DNA of 64,000 nt from a virus, in IMG/VR virus record IMGVR_UViG_3300034112_001564, positions 8,420-72,419 of that record. One strand, given 5' to 3'. This document shows, in pieces, positions 8,553 through 17,406 of this stretch (the first letter of the stretch is position 1; every line of letters begins with the position of its first letter). Below the pieces are notes generated by a model. That model searched no databases, was not told where the DNA came from, and was given only the letters and a program-made list of their open reading frames with translations. The position numbers and the translations under genes are program-made.

Positions 8553-8929
8553 GTCTTCACCTTCTCACTGCATGCGTCGCACAGCGTCATGATCCAGCCA
8601 CCGCCGCGACGCTCGCCAGCGGAGCCGCACTGTTCGCATGTCACGGCCGACACGGCCTCGGCCATCGCAATCACGCCCTCGCAGTAATCGTCGCCGCCGT
8701 GGTAATAGAGCCGCAAGGCTCCCCACTTTTCCTTGACTTGGGTGAACTGAAACGACGGCGACCCCGTGTGCTTCTCGCGGGCGGCGATCTCGCTGCACGC
8801 CGATCGGATGATTCCATGCCAGCCGTCTCCGCACTCGACGCCAAATGCCATGCAACTCCCCTTGCTCTCACGGTTCGCGAAGAGCGTCGGGAAGTCTTCG
8901 TAGAGCTTCTGCTCAAGTTCGGGGCTCAC
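8549..8929 (-). CDS. conserved phage protein with C-terminal Zn-binding motif
   Basis: ECGDGW...QVKEKWGALRLY...CEQCG...TLCDAC. Confidence 0.7.
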   Translation of the reverse strand: MSPELEQKLYEDFPTLFANRESKGSCMAFGVECGDGWHGIIRSACSEIAAREKHTGSPSFQFTQVKEKWGALRLYYHGGDDYCEGVIAMAEAVSAVTCEQCGSAGERRGGGWIMTLCDACSEKVKT

Positions 8930-9135
8930 AGCCTCTTCTCCATCTCGTTGCAACGAGTGTCCAGCGTGGCGTTCACGTCGCGGAGAGCGGTGATGAGCAG
9001 TCGCTGCTGCTGGTTTTCAGCCAGGAGCTTCTGGTAGCGATCGTGGCCGCGGTCGTTCTCTTCCTCCAGAGCCCTGACCTTCGCCTCAAGCGACGCCAGC
9101 CTGTTTTTCGTCAGCCAGTTGATGATCCGCTTCAT
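8926..9135 (-). CDS. coiled-coil hypothetical protein
   Basis: heptad-rich ORF, overlap-coupled. Confidence 0.55.
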   Translation of the reverse strand: MKRIINWLTKNRLASLEAKVRALEEENDRGHDRYQKLLAENQQQRLLITALRDVNATLDTRCNEMEKRL

Positions 9136-9437
9136 TGCGTCACCTCTTTGCAAAATACGCCCTCCGGCGTCAACGTCCCACGCCGATCCTTGATCTCCCC
9201 GTAGGCCGACGCGAGGCAGTCCTCGATCGACACGCCCTGGAGGGCCGCGTAGATGATGAGCGTCACGAGCACATCGCCCACGCCGTCAACGATGCCCTCG
9301 CGGTCGTTCTTGAGCGTGGCGTCAGCCAGTTCGCCCAGCTCGCTGACCGTCTTCATCAACTGGGCCTGCGGCGTGCTGTTCGGGGTGATCTGGCGATCTC
9401 TCGCCCAGGATTCAACTTTATTGATTAGGTCGTGCAT
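9132..9437 (-). CDS. MazG-like nucleotide pyrophosphohydrolase
   Basis: QLMKTVSELGELADA...DGVGDVLVTL...AYGEIKDRRG. Confidence 0.85.
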   Translation of the reverse strand: MHDLINKVESWARDRQITPNSTPQAQLMKTVSELGELADATLKNDREGIVDGVGDVLVTLIIYAALQGVSIEDCLASAYGEIKDRRGTLTPEGVFCKEVTQ

Positions 9438-9636
9438 CTTCCCTCCACCATGCTTGGATGATTCTGTAGTGCCGCATGATTTGTCTGGCCGATGGCCCGA
9501 AGAAAACCTCGTCCCTCGCGTAGACGTGAATCGCCGCCCCACAGGCCAGCGGCATCGTCTCGCACTCCTCGGGCACCGGGCGAACCGCCCCGTCCAGCGG
9601 GCCGCCGACGAACTCGAGACGCAGGAGTTTTGTCAT
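9418..9636 (-). CDS. hypothetical protein
   Basis: FVGGPLDG motif; GGAGG RBS. Confidence 0.55.
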   Translation of the reverse strand: MTKLLRLEFVGGPLDGAVRPVPEECETMPLACGAAIHVYARDEVFFGPSARQIMRHYRIIQAWWREDARPNQ

Positions 9637-9649
9637 GGTGGCCTCCAGG

Positions 9650-9686
9650 CGGCCGGGGGAGGCGACGAGAGCGGCCTCCCCCGGCC
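9650..9686. repeat. 13-bp GC-rich intergenic hairpin
   Basis: GGCCGGGGGAGGC...GCCTCCCCCGGCC. Confidence 0.6.
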
Positions 9687-9703
9687 TGACCCGGCGAGGA
9701 GGA

Positions 9704-10030
9704 TCAGTTGGAGTAGCGGAGCACGGCGAACCAGCCGCGGCGAACCGGCGACCACGCGACGCCGCGTTCGACGATGCGGTAGCGGCCACGCATGGCCTCG
9801 TTGTAGAAACATGCCGACTTCACTGCCTCGAGCGGGCTGACGGTCGAGAAGCCGATGCCCTCTCGACGGCCACCGAGCAGGCGGCAGTGGCGGAGCACGC
9901 CCGAACGGGCGCAGTCCTCGGCCGTTTCCTGGGCACTGATCACGGTCGTCGTGGTGACGACCACGTTGTTCTCGCCGCTGGCGATCGTGGTGCAGCAGGC
10001 GATGGCGAAAGCAAGCAGAAACAGTCTCAT
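9704..10030 (-). CDS. secreted protein, possibly minimal CAP/SCP-like
   Basis: signal peptide MRLFLLAFAIACC; LRH...EGIG...GVAWS...WFAVLRY. Confidence 0.55.
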   Translation of the reverse strand: MRLFLLAFAIACCTTIASGENNVVVTTTTVISAQETAEDCARSGVLRHCRLLGGRREGIGFSTVSPLEAVKSACFYNEAMRGRYRIVERGVAWSPVRRGWFAVLRYSN

Positions 10031-10067
10031 GCGAAATCCTCCATGAAAGGGAAACTGAACCGGCCGC

Positions 10068-10096
10068 ATTGTCTGGATCGGAAGCCTATCTGTCAA
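10068..10096 (-). promoter_or_regulatory. putative promoter
   Basis: TTGACA-N17-GACAAT. Confidence 0.6.
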
Positions 10097-10304
10097 GATC
10101 GTCTTCCATCTCAACCAGAAACTTCCGCATCTCGTGAGCGTAGACCTCCATAGACTCTTTGAGCAGGAACGCGGCCGTCGCCAGCCCGTTGGCATTGACG
10201 GCCTTCGCGGCCCGCCCGAGAGCCTCGATCATGGGCATCGTCGCGACGAGCCTGTCGACCTGCACCGTTGCGGCGGCAACCATGATCCGCTCTTCGGGAG
10301 TCAT
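10086..10304 (-). CDS. hypothetical protein
   Basis: MTPEERIM..., ATGA overlap. Confidence 0.5.
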   Translation of the reverse strand: MTPEERIMVAAATVQVDRLVATMPMIEALGRAAKAVNANGLATAAFLLKESMEVYAHEMRKFLVEMEDDLDR

Positions 10305-10705
10305 CTCGCCGCCTCTTTCCACGACCCGTCGGGCTTCCTGTCGAACTCGACAAACGGAATGCCCAGGCGGCGTGCTAGCGATGCCATTGACGGCCGGAAC
10401 ACGGCGACTTCGTCGTGATCGACGAACACGCCGGCCGCCACGAGGCCGGCGACGCACAGAGTCGCCACGCCGCGGCGGCGGTAGGCCGTCGCCACGAACG
10501 CCTCGATCGTCGGCAGGTTCTGCCATATCTCAGTCCTCGCCCAGCCGAGGATCTCGCCTTGATCCAGGCAGATAGCGATCGTGCCGGCCGGCTCGCCGTA
10601 GAGCAGGGCACGCTGGAAGTCGCTCCCCGCCCGCGTCAGGTGGTCGGCGATGAACCGCCGCTCCGAGCGACGCAGGCGGGAGGTCTTGAGGACGAAGAGT
10701 TCCAT
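10301..10705 (-). CDS. GNAT family acetyltransferase
   Basis: FVATAYRRRGVAT acetyl-CoA binding motif A. Confidence 0.75.
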   Translation of the reverse strand: MELFVLKTSRLRRSERRFIADHLTRAGSDFQRALLYGEPAGTIAICLDQGEILGWARTEIWQNLPTIEAFVATAYRRRGVATLCVAGLVAAGVFVDHDEVAVFRPSMASLARRLGIPFVEFDRKPDGSWKEAAR

Positions 10706-10962
10706 TATCCAAGCCTCACATAGAGCGGGCCATGCTCTCCAACGAATGCGCCCAGGACGTTAAAGGACATGTACTCGTCGGCCTCCTCGTGCGTCATACC
10801 GTCGCGATCGACGAGAACCTGGACGCACTTGTCGTAGTCGTAGACGGCGACAACGGCGTGATGGTGATTCATCGTGTAGCCGATGAACCCCGCCTCCAGG
10901 CCGTCGGCCAGGAGAGCTTCGGGGTTGAGTTCGGCAAGCTCTTCGAGTCGTTCGACGCTCAT
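10705..10962 (-). CDS. conserved phage hypothetical protein
   Basis: ADGLEAGFIG...VAVYDYDKC...EYMSFNVLGAFVGEHGP. Confidence 0.65.
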   Translation of the reverse strand: MSVERLEELAELNPEALLADGLEAGFIGYTMNHHHAVVAVYDYDKCVQVLVDRDGMTHEEADEYMSFNVLGAFVGEHGPLYVRLG

Positions 10963-11705
10963 TCGCCAGTGACCTCCTTGATCCACTCCCGATAAAGACT
11001 CACCCGCGTGTGCGCCGTCTCCTCGCCCTGCCGGCTCTTGAGCGGCCCCTTCGCCGCCATCGTGAAGCTGTTCACGCCGGCCAGCTTGCCGCCGGCAAAG
11101 AGCGGGCCGCCGGAGTCCCCAGGCGAGATGCAAAACTCGAGCGTGCTCGTGCCGCACTGGGCGTGGCAGACGATGACCGTCCGCTCGAACCGCTCGATCG
11201 TCTGCGTCCCGGCACGCAGTTTGCCGTCGTAGCCCGAGTGGCCGTCGGTCAGTCGACCGTGGAGGCCGTAGCCCACGATGCTCACCGTCTGCCCGACCTT
11301 CTCGTCTCCGTCGCTGAGTGGTGGGTAGTAGGCAATGCCGGCGGGCGTCTCGCAGTGGAGCAGGGCCAGATCGTGCCAGCCGTGCTTGTCATCGACCCAG
11401 TCGGGATGAGCGACCACGCGATCGACGGGGCGGCTGGCCGTACCCGTGGTCAGCGTGATCCCGTTGACGCCGTGAGCAACGTGCGCCGCCGTGATCGCCC
11501 AGTGCGGCGAGATCAGCGTGGCCGTCGCCTCGTTGAGCCTGCCGTCGGCGTCGCGACCGCGGAACTTGGACGTGTACGGGGCGAACGCCTTCGCGTACTC
11601 GAGGTACCGGGCATCGGGGACCGCGTCGTCAGTTGTGCCGGCCATCGCGGCCGGCACGCCCAGGAGGAAGGCTGCCAGGGCTTTGTCTTCGATGGGTGGG
11701 GTCAT
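10959..11705 (-). CDS. trypsin-like (S1) serine protease with probable signal peptide
   Basis: TAAHV, HDLALL, GDSGGPL catalytic triad motifs. Confidence 0.9.
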   Translation of the reverse strand: MTPPIEDKALAAFLLGVPAAMAGTTDDAVPDARYLEYAKAFAPYTSKFRGRDADGRLNEATATLISPHWAITAAHVAHGVNGITLTTGTASRPVDRVVAHPDWVDDKHGWHDLALLHCETPAGIAYYPPLSDGDEKVGQTVSIVGYGLHGRLTDGHSGYDGKLRAGTQTIERFERTVIVCHAQCGTSTLEFCISPGDSGGPLFAGGKLAGVNSFTMAAKGPLKSRQGEETAHTRVSLYREWIKEVTGE

Positions 11706-11797
11706 GCCTTCACGATCCTGAATTCCGAGCACCCGCACTTCGGGCAGGGGCCGTTGGATTCCTTTCGCTCGTTGCAGCGGTTGCAGTAGCGTGTCAT
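11702..11797 (-). CDS. 31-aa zinc-ribbon microprotein (below ORF-track cutoff)
   Basis: MTRYCNRCNERKESNGPCPKCGCSEFRIVKA; ATGA overlaps at both ends. Confidence 0.65.
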   Translation of the reverse strand: MTRYCNRCNERKESNGPCPKCGCSEFRIVKA

Positions 11798-12012
11798 CGC
11801 CCCTGCTCCTTCTCAAGCCAATCGGCCGCCTTCACCAGCCACGCCGCGACTTTCCGCAGCGCGTCTGGATTCTCCGAATAGTCGGGATCGTCGTTCGTCG
11901 GCGGTACGCTGTCGAAGCGACAGTCGACATACGCCGCCGCCCCGTCCTCTGACGGCCTGCACACCATGCAGAACAGCTCGTCGTCGATGTCGATCGGTGC
12001 AGGGGGTTTCAC
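11794..12012 (-). CDS. hypothetical protein
   Basis: 72 aa, GTGA/ATGA overlaps. Confidence 0.55.
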   Translation of the reverse strand: MKPPAPIDIDDELFCMVCRPSEDGAAAYVDCRFDSVPPTNDDPDYSENPDALRKVAAWLVKAADWLEKEQGR

Positions 12013-12122
12013 TTGTCCCTCGTCATGTACGGGATAAGGCTGATGTACGCGACCGCCCCGACGAACACGAGCAGCGTCGCGACGTTGAGCCAGACGCTGA
12101 TCGACTGTTCGATTTCGTTCAT
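12009..12122 (-). CDS. 37-aa single-TM microprotein (below ORF-track cutoff)
   Basis: MNEIEQSISVWLNVATLLVFVGAVAYISLIPYMTRDK; overlaps at both ends. Confidence 0.55.
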   Translation of the reverse strand: MNEIEQSISVWLNVATLLVFVGAVAYISLIPYMTRDK

Positions 12123-12568
12123 GCCCAGATGACCTCGATTTCTACGACTGCCGTCTCCGGCGGGCTCCACAGCATCGGCCGGTCAAGGCTCGTGATGTCG
12201 ACGGAGTCGACGTAGCTAGAAACCGTGATCGACACCGGCCGCTTGCCGGCGACCATCGGCTCGACCGTGCTATTCAGGTTGTCTGCCGACGGCGTCTGCC
12301 CTTCGATGTACCGATAGGTCACTTGAAACCTGTCGTGGTCGCCGACTGAGAGCATCCGCGAGTAGTGGACAACGTCGCATTCCTTGAGCTTCTCCATGAC
12401 CATGTCCTGCGCGGACTTGGCGGAGTAGGTCGGCGTAGGCGTCTCAAGAGCCGGAGGTTGAACAGGCAGAGCCTGCTCAACCTCCTGGCCCGACGGCATC
12501 CTCACGCCAGCCGCGAGGGCCGCGCCGAATGCCGAGAACGCTTTGAGGAAGTCTCTGCGGAGCATCAC
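12119..12568 (-). CDS. protein with twin-arginine (Tat) signal peptide
   Basis: MLRRDFLKAFSAFGAALAAG. Confidence 0.65.
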   Translation of the reverse strand: MMLRRDFLKAFSAFGAALAAGVRMPSGQEVEQALPVQPPALETPTPTYSAKSAQDMVMEKLKECDVVHYSRMLSVGDHDRFQVTYRYIEGQTPSADNLNSTVEPMVAGKRPVSITVSSYVDSVDITSLDRPMLWSPPETAVVEIEVIWA

Positions 12569-12807
12569 TCACCGTTGAACCACTGTAGCCACGTTCGCGC
12601 CGGCTTCTTGAGCTGCTCGACATCGAACAGCAAGGCGGCCCACGACTTCTCCAGAGCCTCGACGCGGGCAGTCAGGGCGGCGATTCCCCTGGTAGCGACC
12701 ACCACCATGCGATCAGTCGACTCGCCCTCCTCGCGGAGATCGTGAACCGTCTTCGCGATGTCGGCGAGCGACTTCTCGACGCTGAAAACTGGCTTTTTCT
12801 TGCTCAT
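12565..12807 (-). CDS. hypothetical coiled-coil protein
   Basis: ATGA overlaps; GAGGAGG RBS. Confidence 0.55.
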   Translation of the reverse strand: MSKKKPVFSVEKSLADIAKTVHDLREEGESTDRMVVVATRGIAALTARVEALEKSWAALLFDVEQLKKPARTWLQWFNGE

Positions 12808-13481
12808 GCGACCTCCTCAAACATGGTCTTCTGGGTGTCATCGACGATCATGCGGTTATCACGCTGATACCGCTTCACAATGATTTCCAACGCCTCTCCG
12901 TAGGTCAGCCAAGGCAAATCCCGTCGAACCTTGAATGCGTCGCGCCACCAGTTGGTGCTGTCGACGCTGTCAAGACGCCGCACCTTTGTGTAAGCACGCA
13001 AGGCCCAGCCGTGGATGTGCATGTCCTCGGGGATGTTGTCGCATGCCCAGCGAACGAACCGCTCCTTGCCCTCGCGGGGAGGCACAAGGCCGATTCCGAT
13101 CCAGTTACCTCGCTCGCGGGCTATGGCGACTAAGTCCTTCAGAAGTTCCGGCGGGTCAGAGTCGTGAATAGTAGGGAATCCGTTGGGCATCGCCTCATAG
13201 TTGCGGAGGCTCTGTCGCCAGTCGCCCGCGATGTCGTCAAGCCCTGCGACCGCGTCGGCGTGTCCGTCCCAGCGGAGCGACCAGTCGGCATACGCCGCGA
13301 TGTCGATCTTCTGACCGGAGTTCAATACAGAGTACGCGCCGCTGTCGATCAGCAGCCGCCTAAAGGCGTGCTGGTACTTATCCAGAAATGGGTCGTACAA
13401 GCCGAACGACAGTAGCACTGGCATGCCCTTCACATGCTCTGCCTGCTGCTGGTTGCCGGGGCTGGCGAGATAGACGGTCAT
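12804..13481 (-). CDS. dpdA: DpdA-like 7-deazaguanine DNA transglycosylase (TGT fold)
   Basis: LIDSGAYS, GLDDI, PTIH, WIGIG, HIHGW, SVDSTNW; lies downstream of queD/queE. Confidence 0.75.
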   Translation of the reverse strand: MTVYLASPGNQQQAEHVKGMPVLLSFGLYDPFLDKYQHAFRRLLIDSGAYSVLNSGQKIDIAAYADWSLRWDGHADAVAGLDDIAGDWRQSLRNYEAMPNGFPTIHDSDPPELLKDLVAIARERGNWIGIGLVPPREGKERFVRWACDNIPEDMHIHGWALRAYTKVRRLDSVDSTNWWRDAFKVRRDLPWLTYGEALEIIVKRYQRDNRMIVDDTQKTMFEEVA

Positions 13482-13684
13482 GTGATTGCCCTTGCGGCTC
13501 TTGCCAGATACCTGAGTTGATTTCGGGCGTGCATCGCACGGCATCTCGGGTCGCGGTAGCGCGCGGCCATGTATTCTCGGTGAGCTGCCCATTGCTCTGG
13601 AGTGCAATCCGACTTCTTGCGGCGAATGCACTTGGGAGCAACGCCGCCACTGCGGATCAAGGCAACACGATCATCGAAGGTCAT
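13478..13684 (-). CDS. small basic hypothetical protein
   Basis: 68 aa, ATGA overlaps on both sides. Confidence 0.5.
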   Translation of the reverse strand: MTFDDRVALIRSGGVAPKCIRRKKSDCTPEQWAAHREYMAARYRDPRCRAMHARNQLRYLARAARAIT

Positions 13685-14091
13685 GTGCTGTTCCTCGCCA
13701 TCACGTCGAAGTTCATCAGGAACACAACGGCGGCCTCAAGCGAGTCAAGGATCGCGTGTGTGTGAACCATGAGCCACGGGCTTGGTGCTGACGCATCGGA
13801 GAACGCGACGACGCCTTTGCCGCTGTCCCACGCCCGAACCACCTCCATAGCAGTCCCCCAAGACGGCCGCGAAGCATTGACAAGGACAAAGTTGCAAGCG
13901 GCGATCGCGTGGAGGTCTGCTGAGACCAACTCCCTGGCGGCTGAGGCTTCCCGCCCCCTCAAGTCCCAGTCCATCGGATCAAATATGTCGAACTGGCCGC
14001 TGCTGAGGAGCTGCCGCGCCCTTGCACGCCAAGCCATGCACTCGTCGTCGGAGCACCCGTTTATGGGGCCAGCGAGGTATACAGCCTTCAT
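13681..14091 (-). CDS. nucleoside 2-deoxyribosyltransferase/Rcl-like N-glycosidase
   Basis: VYLAGP...FDP...DLHAIAAC...GTAMEV with catalytic Glu. Confidence 0.8.
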   Translation of the reverse strand: MKAVYLAGPINGCSDDECMAWRARARQLLSSGQFDIFDPMDWDLRGREASAARELVSADLHAIAACNFVLVNASRPSWGTAMEVVRAWDSGKGVVAFSDASAPSPWLMVHTHAILDSLEAAVVFLMNFDVMARNST

Positions 14092-14672
14092 GGCATCCCC
14101 CACGACTTGTGAGACTGTGCGCACAGCGTGTAATCGCGGTGCGTCTTGACCCATTCGACGCAGGCGGCGAGTGACTCTCGGCTCCCAGCCATAGGCTGGA
14201 CGTAGCGATAGCCGAAGTCGGTGCCTGACAAGTCAAAATCTTCCAGCGCCATTTCGTTCAGGCCGGGCACGAGCTTTAGCTCCGCGCCCATCCGCTGCTC
14301 AAAACGCGCGGTGTGCGGCGAAACGGAAACCCACCACCAGTGGCCTTCCACTTTTCTCACGCCGCTCGTGGCGATGCACGGCTTGAAGTCCGCAGACCAC
14401 AGAGCGAGATTGAGGGCGGAAAGGTCTTGGTCTGTCGGCTCGCCGCCAGTCACCCAGACGTACTTCGCTCGGCCGTTCTCAGCCCGGAGGCGAACGCACT
14501 CGTCGACAACCTCGGCGACCGTCGCCTCGCGAGCGAACGTGTAGTTCGTGTCGCATGTCGGGCAGCCGACGCTGCAACCGGAAAGACGTATGAAAACCAT
14601 AGGCTCGCCGACGAAGTGCCCCTCGCCCTGGATCGTCCAATACACGCCCTGGCTGGCTAGCGTGAGTCTCAT
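14088..14672 (-). CDS. queE: 7-carboxy-7-deazaguanine synthase (radical SAM)
   Basis: TIQGEG...FIRLSGCSVGCPTCDT, VTGGEP, VSVSP, YVQP, QSHK. Confidence 0.92.
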   Translation of the reverse strand: MRLTLASQGVYWTIQGEGHFVGEPMVFIRLSGCSVGCPTCDTNYTFAREATVAEVVDECVRLRAENGRAKYVWVTGGEPTDQDLSALNLALWSADFKPCIATSGVRKVEGHWWWVSVSPHTARFEQRMGAELKLVPGLNEMALEDFDLSGTDFGYRYVQPMAGSRESLAACVEWVKTHRDYTLCAQSHKSWGMP

Positions 14673-15064
14673 GGCGTCACCGTCACCGAGGATGTGTCGG
14701 TCTCGTGCAGGACGAGGCTCACGACGTTGAGGCCGGCGGCGACGAGCCGCTCCGCGAGATGCTGCGCCATGTTCTCGCACGACGTTTGAAACGGCACTTC
14801 GTAGACCTTTCCGCAGGCACCGCTGGCGATAAGCGCCGGCTTGGCCGGGTCTTTGCTGTACAAAAGAAGCGAGTGATCTAGTTCTGCGACCACCGTCATT
14901 GCCGCATCCTCGAGCGAGGCGAATGGGATGGTGACGCTGCCGGCCTTGTCGTGACGGACTGAAATGTCCACGCCGTAGCGATGGCCGTGGATGTTCTCGC
15001 ACTTTCCGCAAATCTCAGGATTGCGGTGCGCGGCGTAGAAATGAAGCTTCTTTGTGACAATCAC
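14669..15064 (-). CDS. queD: 6-carboxytetrahydropterin synthase
   Basis: FYAAHR...CENIHGHRY...LDHSLL...TSCENMA...ETDTS. Confidence 0.92.
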   Translation of the reverse strand: MIVTKKLHFYAAHRNPEICGKCENIHGHRYGVDISVRHDKAGSVTIPFASLEDAAMTVVAELDHSLLLYSKDPAKPALIASGACGKVYEVPFQTSCENMAQHLAERLVAAGLNVVSLVLHETDTSSVTVTP

Positions 15065-15243
15065 GTCGCAGGCTCCTTCGACGGTGCTCGGTAGATCAGC
15101 TCGTCCCGCACGATCTTGATGTGCTTGGGGGCGTTGATCACGAGCCTGACCGTCTTCCCGACGACCGACTCAACCGTGATCTCGATATGCGGCCGGTCCA
15201 GAATGAGCTTCTGGCCGGGGCGCCGCGTGAGACAAAGAGCCAT
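15061..15243 (-). CDS. csrA: carbon storage regulator CsrA-like RNA-binding protein
   Basis: LCLTRRPGQKLIL...ITV...VRLVINAPKHIKIVRDEL. Confidence 0.85.
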   Translation of the reverse strand: MALCLTRRPGQKLILDRPHIEITVESVVGKTVRLVINAPKHIKIVRDELIYRAPSKEPAT

Positions 15244-15277
15244 TTCAGGAGTCCTTTCCGATGTGTGCGGCAGTAGC

Positions 15278-15754
15278 TTAACGAGACCCAACTGTCCTGT
15301 CCAGATGTTTTTTGCACGCCTCCTTCACCATCTGCCGAGGGTGGCTCTCGGCAGCCCACTTCAGGTAGTCCAAGCCTCGCGGCTGCTTCTCTACCTCGTC
15401 AAGTGTCAGGCCGGCGAACCGGCCGTCTCGCAGGACGAACTCCTGCCCTCGAGGCTTGAGATGCCCCTTGATGGCCTTCACCCACTGGCCGGTGCCGCAG
15501 AACGCGCACGAGAGATACCACTCGCCATGCTCCTCGTGCAGGATGTCGTGGGATTGGGTGTTGCAGGCTGCGTCAGCGCAGTCGTAAGTGTGGTCGATCA
15601 TGCCGATGGGCAGGATCGCCCTCTGCGGCCTTGAATCCGCTTTATAGATCGGAGTCTCTTGGATGACCTGCACCGCATCCGCCTGCGCGCGAGAAGGCCG
15701 CTTCTTGGAGGATCGAGTCGGCTCGTCGGGGGTTATGTCGAAAAGCGTGTCCAT
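15278..15754 (-). CDS. Zn-finger protein with C-terminal GRF-x-G...YLKW domain
   Basis: CADAAC...CAFCG; GRFAGLTLDEV...DYLKWA (DUF3820-like); TGATG coupling to the helicase. Confidence 0.55.
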   Translation of the reverse strand: MDTLFDITPDEPTRSSKKRPSRAQADAVQVIQETPIYKADSRPQRAILPIGMIDHTYDCADAACNTQSHDILHEEHGEWYLSCAFCGTGQWVKAIKGHLKPRGQEFVLRDGRFAGLTLDEVEKQPRGLDYLKWAAESHPRQMVKEACKKHLDRTVGSR

Positions 15755-17406
15755 CAGCGTGGCAACTCCATTGCGTAAGGTTCGTCCGACTCGCACACAA
15801 TCAGCCGCTCTTTGGCTCGAGTAACGCCGACATACTCGATCCGGCACTCCTCGTCGTGGCAGCGTGGGTCCAGCTCTCGCTCCTGCTCGACCCGCGCGGC
15901 CGTCTCGGTCGCCAGGATTACGTCTTGGGCCTCCATCCCCTTGGCCCCGTGGATCGTCGATAGCCTCACGTTCGGCTTGGTGGCGACCTCCGGCCCATGC
16001 CGCTTGGCAGAGTCGTACCACTTCTTCCCGCCGTCAAGCAGGCTAGCCCAGCCCCCAGACCGGATCATATCGACCAGGGACTCCGTAGCCCCGCCGACAC
16101 TGACGATCTCGTCGGCCGGCAGGAAGTCGACATCGTCCCGCCGGCCGCTTGACCACGCAGTCTTCTCGCCACGACGCAGGAAAATGGCGTCGCCAGTAGC
16201 CTTTACGGGCGTCAGTTCGATTGCCGCCTTCCACTCATGGCCGCCGATGTCCTGGCCGTGCTGGAGCTTCCAGTAGGCGTTGAATGCGACGAGCGCCTTG
16301 GTGTCATCCTTCTCGTTGATGCCGGCATGCGGGATTCGGCGGGACTCGAGCACCTCGGAGAACTTCGCCAGCGAGAAGTTGCAGCGTGCTAGTACCAGTG
16401 TCGTGCGGCTGCCGTCGATCTGGCACAAGGCCCGCTCGACAGACGCCTCTCGAATCACGCACCCGTCGTGAGAGGCTGGGGCGATCTTCCTGTCGAAGTA
16501 ACCCTTGTGCATCCGCTTCAGGCACCGTTCGCCAAGCTCCATGACGGCCTTCGGGCAACGCCACGACTGAGGCATCGTCCGCTCCTTGTTGACGCTCCAC
16601 GACAGGAAGTTGTTGTAGTCCGCCCCGCCAAACCCAAAGACCGACTGGAAGGGGTCTGCGGCCAGATACGCCCACTTCACGCCTGGGGCGTAGGCCAGCC
16701 GCCGGCAGACGCGGTCTACCAGAGCCGAGGCGTCCTGGGCTTCGTCGAATATCCACGCCCGCACGCCCGCGGGCGTGTCCCCGGCGGGATCGACCTCCTC
16801 CGGCCCCTCCAGCTCGAACCGGACGCCGCAGTACCGCCCCAGGAGGTCGACGAAGTCCATTTTCCCGTCGATCCTCTTGGCTTCCTCGTACTTCCTGACG
16901 AAATGCCTCACCGTGGTGATAGGAGGCACCTCTAAGCCCGCGTGAGACTTTTCGGCATGAACGGACGCCAGGGGCACGATCCGGTTCCTAGCGATGTCCC
17001 AGAGCGTCAGAGAGGCAGCCGCCTCGGAGTCGCCGACGCACGCCGAATACCCGCTGTCGGCTACCTTCTTCCACGAGACAGAGACCCGCAGGCGGTCGGC
17101 GACCCACTTCGACGCCTTGTTGTCGCCGGCCAGCATCGCATCCGGCTTGACCTCTAGCATCTTGTGGCAGGTCGAATGCACCGTCCTGAACCAGCCATGC
17201 CTGTCCAGCAGGCTGTGGTGGCAGTCGAACGCCGCCGCAGCCCGGTTCACCATCTCCTCGCGTGCCGCGGTCGTGAAGCTCGCAAACCCGATTGCTGCCG
17301 GCGAGTCGCCGATCTCGCCGAGTACGCTCTTCATGATCCCCAGCAGTTCCGTCGTCTTGCCAGTTCCTGCCCCGCCGATCAGCCGCGCGACCTGTGTTTC
17401 GCTCAT
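15754..17406 (-). CDS. UvrD/Rep-like SF1 helicase
   Basis: GGAGTGKT, FRTVHS, DEAQD, DPFQSVFGFGGA, QSWRCP, STIHGAKGME, YVGVTRAK. Confidence 0.92.
   Translation of the reverse strand: MSETQVARLIGGAGTGKTTELLGIMKSVLGEIGDSPAAIGFASFTTAAREEMVNRAAAAFDCHHSLLDRHGWFRTVHSTCHKMLEVKPDAMLAGDNKASKWVADRLRVSVSWKKVADSGYSACVGDSEAAASLTLWDIARNRIVPLASVHAEKSHAGLEVPPITTVRHFVRKYEEAKRIDGKMDFVDLLGRYCGVRFELEGPEEVDPAGDTPAGVRAWIFDEAQDASALVDRVCRRLAYAPGVKWAYLAADPFQSVFGFGGADYNNFLSWSVNKERTMPQSWRCPKAVMELGERCLKRMHKGYFDRKIAPASHDGCVIREASVERALCQIDGSRTTLVLARCNFSLAKFSEVLESRRIPHAGINEKDDTKALVAFNAYWKLQHGQDIGGHEWKAAIELTPVKATGDAIFLRRGEKTAWSSGRRDDVDFLPADEIVSVGGATESLVDMIRSGGWASLLDGGKKWYDSAKRHGPEVATKPNVRLSTIHGAKGMEAQDVILATETAARVEQERELDPRCHDEECRIEYVGVTRAKERLIVCESDEPYAMELPR

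Noticed and set aside
12804-13481. Canonical tRNA-guanine transglycosylase (tgt)
   Set aside because: Too short (about 225 aa), lacks the C-terminal Zn-binding motif, and the context fits a phage DNA-acting DpdA type.
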